Assembly: GCA_030390025.1 (NCBI GenBank)
Contig: JASTWF010000354.1
Span: 62,001-126,000 of the forward strand
Length of the DNA: 64,000 nucleotides
From: Squalus acanthias
Lineage: Eukaryota
Direction: 5' to 3'
Both the position numbers and the translations under genes were made by a program. The notes under the pieces were generated by a model. The model was not told where the DNA came from, ran no database searches, and worked only from the letters and a program-made list of their open reading frames with translations. Shown one piece after another: positions 24,901-36,279 of this stretch. Positions within the stretch are counted from its first letter, which is position 1. The number at the start of each line of letters is the position of its first letter.

Positions 24901-26880
24901 CCCTCTGACAGTGCGGCGCTCCCTCAGTACTGACCCTCCGACAGTGCGGTGCTCCCTCAGTACTGACCCTCTGACAGTGCGGCGCTCCCTCAGTACTGAC
25001 CCTCCGACAGTGCGGTGCTCCCTCAGTACTGACCCTCCGACAGTGCGGCGCTCCCTCAGTACTGACCCTCCGACAGTGCGGTGCTCCCTCAGTACTGACC
25101 CTCTGAGAGTGCGGCGCTCCCTCAGTACTGACCCTCCGACAGTGCGGTGCTCCCTCAGTACTGACCCTCCGACAGTGCGGTGCTCCCTCAGTACTGACCC
25201 TCTGACAGTGCGGCGCTCCCTCAGTACTGACCCTCCGACAGTGCGGTGCTCCCTCAGTACTGATGCTCCGACAGTGCAGCGCTCCCTCAGTACTGCCCAT
25301 CTGACAGTGCGGCTCTCCCTCAGTCCTGCTCCTCCGACAGTGCGGCGCTCCCTCAATATTGCCCCTCCGACAGGGCGGCGCTCCCTCAGTACTGCCCCTC
25401 CGACAGTGCGGCGCTCCCTCAGTACTGCCCCTCCGACAGTGCAGCGCACCCTCAGTACTGCCCCTCCGACAGTGCGGCTCTCCCTCAGTCCTGCTCCTCC
25501 AAAAGTGCTGCACTCCCTCAGTATTGCCGCTCCAAAGTGCAGCGCTACCTCAGTACTGCTCCCCCAAAAGTGCAGCACTCCCTCAGTAGTGGCCCTCCGA
25601 CAGTGCAGCGCTCCCTCAGAACTGCCCCTCCGACAGTGCAACACTCCCTCAGTCCTGCACCTCTGACAGTGCAGCGCTCCCTCAGTACTGCCCCTCCGAC
25701 AGTACAGAGCTCCCTCAGTAATGCCCCTCTGACAGGGCGGCGCTCCCTCAGTACTGCCCCTCCGACAGGGCGGCGCTCCCTCAGTACTGATGCTCCGACA
25801 GTGCAGCGCTCCCTCAGGACTTTCCCTCCGACAGTGCAGCTCTCCAGCAATACTGGGCCTCCGACAGTGCAGCGCTCCCTCAGTACTGCCCCTCCGACAG
25901 TGCAGCGCTCCCTCAGTACTGCCCCTCCGACAGTGCAGCGCTCCCTCAGTACTGCCCCTCCGACAGTGCAGCACCCCCTCAGTACTGCCCCTCCGACAGT
26001 GCAGCGCTCAAGTAGTACTACCCCTTCGACAGTGCGGCGCTCCCTCAGTACTGACCCTCAGACAGTGTGGCGCTCCCTCAGTACTGCCCCTCCGACAGTG
26101 CGGTGCTCCCTCAGTACTGACCCTCCGACAGTGCAGCGCTCCCTCAGTACTGACCCTCCGACAGTGCGGTGCTCCCTCAGTACTGACCCTCTGACAGTGC
26201 GGCGCTCCCTCAGTACTGACCCTCCGACAGTGCGGTGCTCCCTCAGTACTGACCCTCCGACAGTGCGATGCTCCCTCAGTACTGACCCTCTGACAGTGCG
26301 GCGCTCCCTCAGTACTGACCCTCCGACAGTGCGGTGCTCCCTCAGTACTGACCCTCCGACAGTGCGGTGCTCCCTCAGTACTGACCCTCTGACAGTGCGG
26401 CGCTCCCTCAGTACTGACCCTCCGACAGTGCGGTGCTCCCTCAGTACTGACCCTCCGACAGTGCGGCGCTCCCTCAGTACTGACCCTCCGACAGTGCGGT
26501 GCTCCCTCAGTACTGACCCTCTGAGAGTGCGGCGCTCCCTCAGTACTGACCCTCCGACAGTGCGGTGCTCCCTCAGTACTGACCCTCCGACAGTGCGGTG
26601 CTCCCTCAGTACTGACCCTCTGACAGTGCGGCGCTCCCTCAGTACTGACCCTCCGACAGTGCGGTGCTCCCTCAGTACTGACCCTCCGACAGTGCGGTCG
26701 CTCAGTACTGTCCCTCCGACAGTGCAGCGCTCCCTCAGTACTGACCCTCCGACAGTGCGGTGCTCCCTCAGTACTGCCCCTCCGACAGTGTGGTGCTCCC
26801 TCAGTACTGACCCTCCGACAGTGCGGTGCTCCCTCAGTACTGACTCTCCGAGAGTGCGGCGCTCCCTCAGTACTGACCCG
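21935..26880. repeat. 33-bp satellite CCGACAGTGC(A/G)GCGCTCCCTCAGTACTG(C/A)CCCT, about 150 copies with a 1385-bp higher-order repeat
   Basis: 11-aa periodic ORFs; the variant caagtagtactacc recurs at 23239, 24624 and 26009. Confidence 0.97.
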
Positions 26881-27303
26881 GTACAGAAGCAGACAATTAG
26901 CTGCGACATTCACCAAACACAACAACAGACGAGGAGCGGAACTTGTCTCAAAGAGAACTTGATTCGATTCTAAGAATCTAACAGCGCTGGGGGAGAGTTT
27001 AACAATACTGCAACATGTGTTCCTGTATCCATAGCAACAAACAATGACACACTGCTCCACTGAGTCCAGTCGGCCATATTTCACCCAGCACTGGGAGTAG
27101 AGGCTGCGGCCTAACTCCCGATCCTTTGCTCATTTAAAACAAACTCTTCCGACTAACTTGTTTATTAAGACAAGCCCCTGATGGTAGCAGTGATGTTAAT
27201 ATTTTGTTCAGTGTCGAGAGCTCAAACTTAACAGTGTTTTAGCTCATCGCACAGTCCCAGTAACCAATTCATTAATTACTGCCCTTTCCCGCAATCTATC
27301 CAT
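26881..27303. repeat. 423-bp non-repetitive spacer, copy 1 of a local duplication
   Basis: About 95% identical by eye to 41159-41581 (offset 14278). Confidence 0.93.
27025..27038. promoter_or_regulatory. RFX X-box match GTATCCATAGCAAC (also 41303-41316)
   Basis: Fits GTHNYYATRRNAAC exactly and is identical in both spacer copies; motif match only. Confidence 0.35.
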
Positions 27304-27360
27304 CAATTATATCACACTACAATTATATCACAATACAATTATATCACAATACAATTATAT
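27304..27360. repeat. Stub (about 3.5 copies) of the 16-bp satellite, cut off by CR1 sequence
   Basis: caattatatcacacta / caattatatcacaata monomers. Confidence 0.92.
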
Positions 27361-27718
27361 TGTCATAGAATCACAGAATCTCACAGCACAGAAGGAGGCC
27401 ATTCGGCCCATTGTGCCTGTGCCAGCTCTTTGAAAGAGCTCTCCAATTAGTCCCACTCCCTGCTCTTTCCCCACAGCCCTGGAAATCTTTCCCCTCAAGT
27501 ATTTACCCAATTCCCTTTTGAAAGTTACTATTGAATCTGCTTCCACCGCCCTTTCAGGCAGCGCATTCCAGATCACAACAACTCGCTGCATAAAAAACTC
27601 TCCCCATCTCCCCTCTGGTTCTTTTGCCAATCTCCTGAAGAACACAAGAACATAAGAAATAGGAGCAGGATTCGGCCATTCAGCCCCTCGAGCCTACTCC
27701 GCCATTCAATGAGATCAT

Positions 27719-30700
27719 AGAAACATAGAAACATAGAAAATAGGTGCAGGAGTAGACCATTCGGTCCTTCGAGCCTGCACCGCCATTTAATGCGTTCATG
27801 GCTGAACATGCTACCTCAGTACCCCATTCCTGCTTTCTCGCCATACCCCTTGATCCCCCTAGTTGTGAGTATTATATCTAACTCCCTTTTGAATATATTT
27901 AGCGAACTGGCCTCAACAACCTTCTGTGGTAGAGAATTCCACAGATTCACCACTCTCTGGGTGAAGAAGTTCCTCCTCATCTCAGTCTTAAATGGCTTCC
28001 CCTTTATCCTTAGACTGTGACCCCTGGTTTTAGTTTTCCCTAACATTGGAAACATTCTGCCCGCATCTAATTTGTCTAAACCAGTCAGGATTTTAAATGT
28101 CTCTATAAGATCCCCCCTCATTCTTCTGAACTCCAGAGGATACAAGTTCAGTTGATCCAGTCTTTCTTGATATGTCAGTCTGGCCATCCCAGGAATAAAT
28201 CTAGTGAACCTTTGTTGCACTCCCTCAATAGCAAGAATGTCCTTCCTCAAGTTAGGAGACCAAAGCTGCACACAATACTCCAGGTGTGGCCTCCCCAAGG
28301 CCCTGTACAACTGTAGCATCACCTCCCTACTCCTGTACTCAAATCCCTTTGCTATGAAGGCCATCATGCCATTTGCTTTCTTGACTGCCTGCTGCACTTG
28401 CCTTCCCACCTTCAGTGACTGATGTACCATGACGCCCAGGTCTCGTTGCACCTCCCCTTTCCCTAATCTGCCACCATTCAGGTAATAGTCTGCCTCCCTA
28501 TTTTTACCACCAAAGTGGATAACCTCACATTTATCCACATTGTACTTCATCTGCCATACATTTGCCCATTCACCCAACCTGTCCAAGTCACTCTGTAGCC
28601 TCCTAGCATCCTCCTCATTGTTCACACTGCCTCCCAATTTAGTGTCATCCGCAAATTTGGAGATATTACAATTAATCCCTTCGTCCAAATCATTAATATA
28701 TAATGTAAACAGCTGGGGCCCCAGCACCGAACCCTGCGGTACCCCGCTGGTCACTGCCTGCCATTCTGAAAAGTACCCATTTACTCCTACTCTTTGTTTC
28801 CTGTGTGCCAACCAGTTCTCAATCCACGTCAACACATTACCCCCAATCCCATGTGCTTTAACTTTGCACACCAATCTCTTGTGTGGGACCTTGTCGAAGG
28901 CCTTCTGAAAGTCCAAATACACCACATCTACTGGTTCCCCCCCGTCCACCCTATTGGAAACATCCTCAAAAAATTCCAGAAGATTTGTCAAGCATGATTT
29001 CCCTTTCACAAATCCATGCTGACTTGGACCTATCATGTCGCCACATTTCCAAATGGTCTGTTATGACATCTTTAATAATTGATTCCATCATTTTACCCAT
29101 CACCGATGTCAGGCTGACCGGTCTATAATTCCCTGCTTTCTCCCTCCCTCCTTTTTTAAAAAGAGGGGTTACATTAGCCACCCTCCACTCCTTCGGAACT
29201 GATCCAGAGTCTAAGGAATGTTGGAAAATGATCGTCAATGCATCCACTATTTCCAAGGCCACCTCCTTAAGTACTCTGGGATGCAGACCATCAGGCCCTG
29301 GGGATTTATCAGCCTTCAGTCCCATCAATTTCCCCAACACCTTTTCCCGACTGATAAGGATTTCCCTCAGCTCCTCCCTCTTACCAGATCCTTTGATCTC
29401 TTTTATTTCCGGAAGGTTGTTTGTGTCCTCCACAGTAAACACCGAACCAAAGTACTTGTTCAATTGATCTGCCATTTCTTTGTTCCCCATTATGACTTCC
29501 CCTGTTTCTGACTGCAGGGGACCTACATTTGTTTTTACTAACCTCTTTCTTTTTACATATTTATAGAAGCTTTTGCAGTCCGTTTTAATGTTCTCCGCAA
29601 GCTTCCTTTCATATTTTATTTTCCCTGCCCTAATCAAACCCTTCGTCCTCCTCTGCTGAGTTTTAAAATTCTCCCAGTCCCCGGGTTTGCTGCTACTTCT
29701 GGCCAATTTGTATGCCACTTCCTTGCTTTTAATACTATACCTGATTTCCCTTGTTAGCCATGGTTGAGCCACCTTCCCTTTTTTATTTTTACGCCAGACA
29801 GGGATGTACAATTGCTGTAGTTCATCCATGCGATCCCTAAATGTCTGCCATTGCCCTTCCACTGTTAACCCCTTAAATATCGCTTGCCAATCTAACCTCG
29901 CCAATTCACGCCTCATACCCTCAAAGTTGCCCTTATTTAAGTACTGGACCATGGTCTCTGAATTAACTGTTTCCTTCTCCATCCTAATGTAGAACTCCAC
30001 CATACTATGGTCACTCTTCCCCAAGGGGCCTCGCACCACAAGATTGCTGATTAGTCCTTCCTCATTACACAACACCCAGTCCAGGATGGCCTCCCCTCTA
30101 GTTGGTTCCTCAACATATTGGTTTAGGAAACCATCCCTTAAACACTCTAGGAAATCCTCCTCCACCGTATTGCTTCCAGTTTGAGTAGCCCAATCTATAT
30201 GCATATTAAAGTCACCCATGATAACTGCTGCGCCTTTTTTGCATGCACCTCTGATTTCCTGTTTCATACCCTCCCCCACCTCACTACTACTGTTTAGAGG
30301 TCTGTACACAACCCCCACTAACGTTTTCTGCCCTTTGGTGTTCTGCAGCTCAACCCATATTGATTCCACATCCTCCAAGCTAATGTCCTTCCTAGCTATT
30401 GCATTAATCTCCTTTTTAACCAGCAATGCTACCCCACCCCCTTTTCCTTTTATTCTATCCTTCCTGAATGTTGAATACCCCTGGATATTCAGTTCCCAGC
30501 CTTGATTGTTCTGGAGCCACGTCTCTGTAATCCCAATCACATCATATCCGTTAACATCAATTTGCACAGTCAATTCATCCACCTTATTACGGATACTCCT
30601 TGCATTAAGACACAGAGCCTTTAGGCTTGTTTTATTAACACCCTTTGTCCTTTTACATAGAATACATAGAACAGTACAGCACAGTACAGGCCCTTCGGCC

Positions 30701-33063
30701 CTCGATGTTGTGCCGAGCATTGTCCGAGACCAAGATCAAGCTATCACACTCCCTATCACTCTGGTGTGCTCCATGTGCTTATCCAATAACCGCTTGAAAG
30801 TTCCTAAAGTGTCCGACTCCACTATCACAGCAGGCAGTCCATTCCACACCCCAACCACTCTCTGAGTAAAGAATCTACCTCGGACATCCCTTCTATATCT
30901 CCCCCCATGCACCTTATAGTTATGCCCCCTTGTAACAGCTGCCTCAACCCGAGGAAATAGTCTCTGAACATCCACTCTATCTATCCCCCTCATCATCTTA
31001 TAAACCTCTATTAAGTCGCCTCTCATCCTGCTCCGCTCTAAAGAGAAAAGCCCCAACTCCCTCAATCTTTCCTCATAAGACCTCCCCACCAAACCAGGCA
31101 GCATCCTGGTAAATCTCCTTTGCACTCTTTCCAATGCTTCCACGTCCTTCCTAAAGTGAAGTGACCAGAACTGCACACAATATTCCAAATGTGGTCTCAC
31201 CAAGGTCCTGTACAGTTGCAGCATAACCTCACGGTTCTTAAACTCAAACCCTCTGTTAATAAACGCCAACACACCATAGGCCTTTTTTACTGCTCTATCC
31301 ACTTGAGTGGCAACCTTCAGAGATCTGTGGATATGAACCCCCAGATCCCTCTGCTCCTCCACGTTCCTCAGAACCCTGCCGTTGACCCTGTAATCCTTAT
31401 TCAAATTTGCCCTACCAAAATGAATCACCTCGCACTTATCAGGGTTAAATTCCATCTGCCATTTTTCGGCCCAGCTCTGCATCCTATCAATGTCTCTTTG
31501 CAGCCTACAACTGCCCTCCACCTCATCCACTACTCCACCAATCTTGGTGTCATCAGCAAATTTACTGATCCACCCTTCAGTCCCCTCCTCCAAGTCATTG
31601 ATAAAAATCACAAACAGCAGAGGACCCAGCACCGACCCCTGTGGCACACCGCTGGTAACTGGTCTCCAGTCCGAAAATGTTCCATCCACCACCACCCTCT
31701 GCCTTCTATGAGTTAGCCAGTTACTTATCCAATCGGCCAAATTTCCCTCTATCCCACAACTCCTTACTTTCTTCATGAGACGACCATGGGGAACCTTATC
31801 AAACGCCTTACTAAAATCCATGTATACGACATCAACTGCTCTACCTTCATCTACACACTTAGTTACCTCCTCAAAGAATTCAATCAAATTTGTTAGGCAA
31901 GACTTACCCTTCACGAATCCGTGTTGACTATCCCTGATTAAGTTGCCCCTTTCCAAATGGTCATAAACCCTATCCCTCAGGACCTTTTCCATTATCTTAC
32001 CAACCACCGAAGTAAGACTAACCGGCCTATAATTACCAGGGTCATTCCTATTTCCTTTCTTGAAGAGAGGAACAACATTCGCCACTCTCCAGTCCTCTGG
32101 CACCATCCCCGTGGACAGTGAGGACCCAAAGATCAAAGCCAGAGGCTCTGCAATCTCCTCCCTTGCCTCCCAAAGAATCCTAGGATATATCCCATCTGGC
32201 CCAGGGGACTTATCGACCCTCAGGTTCTTCAAAATTGCTAAAACATCTTCCCTCAGAACATCTACCACCTCCAGCCTATCCACCTTTATCACACTCTCAT
32301 CCTCAAGAACATGGCCCCTCTCCTCGGTGAACACTGATGAAAAGTATTCATTCATCACCTCTCCTATCTCTTCTGACTCCATGCACAAGTTCCCACTACT
32401 GTCCTTGACCGGCCCTACCCTCACCCTGGTCATTCTTTTATTTCTCACATAAGAGTAAAAAGCCTTGGGGTTTTTCTTGATCCGACCCGCCAAGGACTTC
32501 TCATGCCCCGTCCTAGCTCTCCTAAACTCTTTTTTTAGCTCATTTCTTGCTACCTTGTACCCCTCAATCGACCCAACTGAACCTTGTTTTCTCATCCTTA
32601 CATACGCTTCCTTTTTCCTCTTGACTAGACATTCAACCTCTTTTGTGAACCATGGTTCTCTCACTCGGCCATTTCCTCCCTGCCTGACAGGGACATACCT
32701 ATCAAGGACACGCAGTAATTGCTCCATGAAAAAGCTCCACTTTTCGTTTGTGCCTTTCCCTGATAGTTTCTGTTCCCATCTTATACTCCCTAATTCTTGC
32801 CTAATCGCATCATAATTACCCCTCCCCCAATTATAAACCCTGCCCTGCCGTATGGCCCTATCCCTCTCCATTGCAATAGTGAAAGACTTATGATTTAGTA
32901 TGGCCCTTTGTGTTTCTTGCCTTTGTTTACTCAGATTTCCCTTATTGTTTCTCACCCTTCTAACATTTTTTTCTGACTGCATATTACTTCCCCCTGTTTC
33001 GCTACATAGGTTCCCATTCCCCTGCCATATTAGTTTAAATCCTCCCGAACTGCCTTAGCAAAT
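27719..33063 (-). mobile_element. CR1 copy C with complete APE+RT ORF2 (27816-30650, one frameshift near 29040); its 5' piece 32888-33063 lies beyond copy D
   Basis: LNARSIRNK, ITETWL, MGDFN, SDH endonuclease motifs; GVPQGSVLGP and KFADDTKL RT motifs; (catagaaa)n tail. Confidence 0.93.
30656..32887 (-). mobile_element. CR1 copy D, 5'-truncated, uninterrupted RT ORF of about 715 codons (stop at 30736)
   Basis: KSPGPDG, QHGF, GVPQGSVLGP, KFADDTK, LEYCVQFW; tail catagaatacatagaac. Confidence 0.93.
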
Positions 33064-33928
33064 ATCTTCTTCCTCAACTCCATTCACCGACCCTACCCCC
33101 ATGTCTCTCGATGCCCTTACTAGTCAGAAATCTATCGACTTCTGTTTTGAATATACCCAATGACTGAGCCTCCACAGCCCTCTGGGGTAGAGAATTCCAA
33201 AGATTCACCACCCTCTGTGTGAAGAAATTTCTTCTCATCTCAGTCCTGAATGGCCTACCCTTTATCTTGAGTCTGTGGCCCCTGGTTCTCGACTCCCCAG
33301 CCAAGGAAACATTCTCCCAGCATCCACCCTATCAAACCCTGTAAAACTCTTGTATGCTTCAATGAGATCCCTTCTCATTCTTCTGAATTCAGGAGAATAC
33401 AGGCCTAGTTTACTCAATCTCTTCTCATATGACAGTCCCGCCATCCCAGGAATCAATCTAGTGAACCTTTGTTGCACTCCCTCTATGGCAAGTATATCCT
33501 TCCGAAGGTAAGGAGACCAAAATTGTACACAGTACTCCAGGTGTGGTCTCACCAAGGCCCTATATAATTGGAGTAAGACTTCTTTACTCCTGTACTCAAA
33601 TCCTCTTGTAATGAAGGCCAACATACCATTTGCCTTCCTAATGGCTTGCTGCACCTGCACATTCACTTTCAGTGACTCATGTACAAGGACACCCAGGTCC
33701 CTTTGAGCATCTGCATTCCCCAATCCTTCACCATTTAGGAAATATTCTGCCTTTCTGTTTTTTTCTGCCAAAGTGGATAACTTCACATTTATCCACATTA
33801 TATTCCATCTGCCATGTTTTCACCCACTCACTGAGCCTGTCGAGATCCCCTTGAAGCCTCTTCACATCCTCTTCACAACTGCCACTGCCACCTAGCTTTG
33901 TATCATCAGCAAATTTGGAAATGTTACA

Positions 33929-36279
33929 TAAGAACATAAGAAATAGGAGCAGGAGTATGCCAATCGACCCCTCGAGCCTGCTCCGCCATTCAATAAGATC
34001 ATGGCTGATCTGATCCTAACCGCCAATCTACTATCTATCACAGAACCATCTCCTGCATCTAACAGAATTGCACACACGAAATAGGAGCAGAATCAGGCTA
34101 CACGGTCCCTGGGACCGCTCCACTACCCACAGGGCCATGACCGATCCGAAGCTAGACTCATGTCCAAATTCCTGCCCGCTCCCCGTAACCCTTAATGCCC
34201 TTTACTTCTAGGAAACTGTCTATTTCTGTTTTAAATTTAATTAATGTTGTAGCTTCTACAGCTTTTTGTGGCAGCATATTCCATGGACCTACCACCCTCT
34301 GAGTGAAGTAGTTCCTCCTCATCTCAGTTTTGAAAGAGCAGCCCCTTATTCTAAGACTATGTCCCCTAGTTCTAGTCTCACCCGTCATCGGGAACATCCT
34401 CCCCGCATCCACCCGATCCAACCCCTTCACAATCTTATATGTTTCAATAAGATCGCCTCTCATTCTTCTGAACTCCAATGAGTAGAGTCCCAATCTACCC
34501 AACCTCTCCTCATATGACCACCCCCTCATCCCCGGGATTAACCGAGTGAACCTTTTTTGCACTGCCTCGAGAGCAAGGATGTCTTTCCTTAAGTAAGGAC
34601 ACCAAAACTGTATGCAGTATTCCAGGTGCGGTCTCACCAATACCTTGTACAACTGAAGCAATACCTCCCTATTTTTATATTCTATCCCCCTAGCAATGAA
34701 AGCCAACATTCCATTTGCCTTCTTAATCACTTGCTGCACCTGCATACTAACCTTTTGAGTTTCGTGCACCAGGACCCCCAGATCCCTTTGCACTTCAGTA
34801 CTCTCCAGTTTCTTGCCATTAAGATAATAAATTGCTCCTGGATTTTTCCTGCCAAAGTGCATCACCTCACACTTTCCAGTGTTGTATTCCATCTGCCAAA
34901 TCTCTGCCCACTTACTTAGCCTGTCCATGTCCCCTTGCAGGTTTCTTATGTCCTCCTCACTCACTACTTTCCCTCCCATCTTAGTATCATCTGCAAATTT
35001 TGATATGTTACACTTGGTCCCTTCCTCCAAATCGTTAATATAGATTGTGAAGAGTTGGGGACCCAGCACTGACCCCTGTGGAACACCACTAGTTACTGAT
35101 TGCCAGTCTGAGAATGAACCATTTATCCCAACTCTTTGCTTTCTGTTAGATAGCCAATCCTCTATCCATGCCAGAATATTACCCCCAATCCCGTGATTTT
35201 TTACCTTAAGCAATAATCTTTTGTGTGGCACCTTGTCAAATGCCTTTTGGAAGTCTAAATACACTACGTCCACTGGTTCCCCTTTATCCACTCTATATGT
35301 TACTTCCTCAAAGAACTCCAGCAAATTTGTCAAACATGACTTCCCCTTCGTAAAACCATGCTGACTTTGTCCTATTAAATTATGATTATCCAAATGTCCT
35401 GTTACTGTTTCCTTAATAATGGACTCCAAAATTTTACCTACCACAGATGTTAGGCTAACCGGTCTATAGTTACCAGCCTTCTGTCTACTGCCCTTTTTAA
35501 ATAAGGGTGTTACATTAGCAGTTTTCCAGTCTGCCGGGACCTTAGCGGAATCCAGGGAGTTTTGAAAAATTATTACCAATGCATCTACAATCCCTACCGC
35601 CACTTCCTTCAAGACTCTAGGATGTAAGCCATCAGGTCCAGGTGATTTATCCGCCTTGAGTCCCATTATTTTACCGAGTACCACTTCCTTAGTGATTTTG
35701 ATCGTGTTTAGCTCCTCTCCCCCTATAGCCCCCTGTTTGTCCAGTGTTGGGATATTCTTAGTGTCCTCTACTGTAAAGACTGATACAAAATATTCATTCA
35801 GTGTTTTTGCCATCTCCATATTTCCCACCATTAATTTCCCGGTCTCATCCTCTAAGGGACCAACATTTACTTTAGCCACCCTTTTTCTTTTTATATAACC
35901 GTAAAAACTCTTACTATCTGTTTTTATATTTTTTGCTAATTTACTTTCAAAATCTATCTTCCCTTTCTTAATCAATCTTTTTGTTATTTTTTGCTGCCTT
36001 TTAAAGTTTTCCCAATCCTCTGTCCTCCCACTGGATTTCGCTACCTTATATGCCCTTGTTTTTAGTCGAATACTATCCTTAATTTCTTTACTTAGCCACG
36101 GATGACTGTCCTTTCTTTTACACCCTTTTCTTTTCAGTGGAATATATTTTTTTTGGAAGTTGTAAAATAACTCCTTGAATGTACACCACTGATCATGTGT
36201 CGTCTTACCCTTTAATCTATTTTCCCAATCCACTCTACTCAATTCCGCTCGCATACCTTCATAGTCTCCTTTATTCAAG
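33929..36279 (-). mobile_element. CR1 copy E, 5'-truncated, uninterrupted RT ORF of about 705 codons (stop at 34158)
   Basis: Same RT motif set; tail (cataagaa)n; inserted inside the RT of copy B. Confidence 0.93.

Noticed and set aside
21935..26880. CRISPR-like appearance of 33-bp repeats with a palindromic core
   Set aside because: Head-to-tail monomers with no unique spacers, no cas genes, and a vertebrate TE context.
14098..26973. ORFs of 400-570 aa in the 40-, 21- and 33-bp arrays
   Set aside because: Open on both strands or in several frames, purely periodic, with no domain content.
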